The notes under the pieces are model-generated. The model saw only the letters and a list, made by a program, of their open reading frames with translations. It was not told the DNA's origin and made no database searches. From positions 1,184,001-1,248,000 of the forward strand of contig CAVTNB010000001.1 of the NCBI GenBank assembly GCA_963736005.1: a DNA stretch of 64,000 nucleotides, given 5' to 3'. Positions within the stretch are counted from its first letter, which is position 1. The number at the start of each line of letters is the position of its first letter. Below, piece after piece: positions 63,178 to 64,000 of the stretch. The DNA is from an uncultured Pseudomonadota bacterium. Lineage in GTDB: Bacteria > Vulcanimicrobiota > Vulcanimicrobiia > Eremiobacterales > Eremiobacteraceae. Made by a program: the position numbers and the translations under genes.

Positions 63178-64000
63178 CTATTCGTGCTGGCCGATTTTTG
63201 CCTGCACTCCTGCCAACATATCGCGCGCGACGCTGAGGTTAGGCTGATTTGCGAGGGCCGCCTTATATTGATCTGCGGCAAGGTCGTACTTTTGCTGCTG
63301 TTCGTAGACGACGCCGAGGTCAAAATGCAAATCGGCATACCGCGGTGCCACGGCAAGTCCTTTGATAAAGGCTGCCTCGGCCAAGTTCAAGAGGTTGTGC
63401 GTAAAATAGATGTTCCCTAAGTTCTCATATGCTTCGCGCAGCCGCGGATCGATGTGCAGAGCTTTTTCGTACATCTCGACGGCTTGCGTGAACTGACCGC
63501 GGTAATCGTAGACGACCCCCAAGTTGTTGTATGACTGCGCAAAGTTCGGGTCGAGCACGAGAGCCTGATTGATTTTGTCGGTTGCTTCATCGTACTTGCC
63601 CTGCTCGATGAGTTCGACCCCCCAATTCATCCACGCGTAGGTATACTTGGGATCGGAGAGGATCACAATGCGGTACTGCGCTATGGCGTCCTGTGAGCGG
63701 CCCATATCCCCATAGACAGTACCTAGACCGTTGCGCGCGTCGTTGAAGTTGGGATTCAGATCGAGCGCGGCCTGGAATTCCTCTTGAGCTCGGTTCAGCT
63801 TCTTCTCGTAGGCAAGAATGAGACCGAGGTTCAGGTGATATACCGGATTATTTGGATCGCGACTTAGGTCTGCGTTGCACTCATCTTCGAGAGTACCAAG
63901 TCTTCCTTCATCATCGTAGACCTGCACGAGGTTGAGAAAACCCGCCGGAAGAGGAAGACTCTTGCGAAACTCGGCGATTGCGTCATCATATCTATCCAAT
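63178..64000 (-). CDS. Tetratricopeptide repeat protein (5' truncated by window)
   Basis: Successive 34-aa TPRs, e.g. DPNFAQSYNNLGVVYDYRGQFTQAVEMYEKAL. Confidence 0.92.
   Translation of the reverse strand, partial: LDRYDDAIAEFRKSLPLPAGFLNLVQVYDDEGRLGTLEDECNADLSRDPNNPVYHLNLGLILAYEKKLNRAQEEFQAALDLNPNFNDARNGLGTVYGDMGRSQDAIAQYRIVILSDPKYTYAWMNWGVELIEQGKYDEATDKINQALVLDPNFAQSYNNLGVVYDYRGQFTQAVEMYEKALHIDPRLREAYENLGNIYFTHNLLNLAEAAFIKGLAVAPRYADLHFDLGVVYEQQQKYDLAADQYKAALANQPNLSVARDMLAGVQAKIGQHE

Overview
A 64 kb GC-rich bacterial chromosome segment, mostly housekeeping genes: smpB-tilS-hpt-ftsH, ksgA, moeA, pilT, serS, glgC/glgB/glgA, thiC with a TPP riboswitch, a Rieske/cytochrome b-c complex, tRNA-Ser(UGA), suhB, an M-box-controlled NRAMP-like transporter and a glnA homologue. 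A TonB-dependent receptor together with Terrabacteria-type signals (GAAC-N4-GTTC LexA box, M-box, tilS-hpt-ftsH) suggests a diderm Terrabacteria lineage such as Eremiobacterota (inference only). No transposase, integrase, phage gene or CRISPR array was seen. Most notable: (1) three GTAG-type REP hairpin families, about 20 copies including degenerate ones, which form doublets and tandems, supply stop codons and sit in-frame inside two proteins; (2) a consensus sigma70 promoter whose spacer is filled by a perfect LexA box, driving an apparently leaderless, degenerate RNase H-like gene; (3) a BlaI / M56 peptidase / helical-repeat protein / CBM9-barrel operon with a palindromic operator; (4) a glutaredoxin whose UGA is probably selenocysteine, followed by a SECIS-like hairpin; (5) a cytochrome b with PAWY in place of PEWY. 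Several single-base frameshifts cluster at 0.8-2 kb and 42-48 kb and may be sequencing errors.
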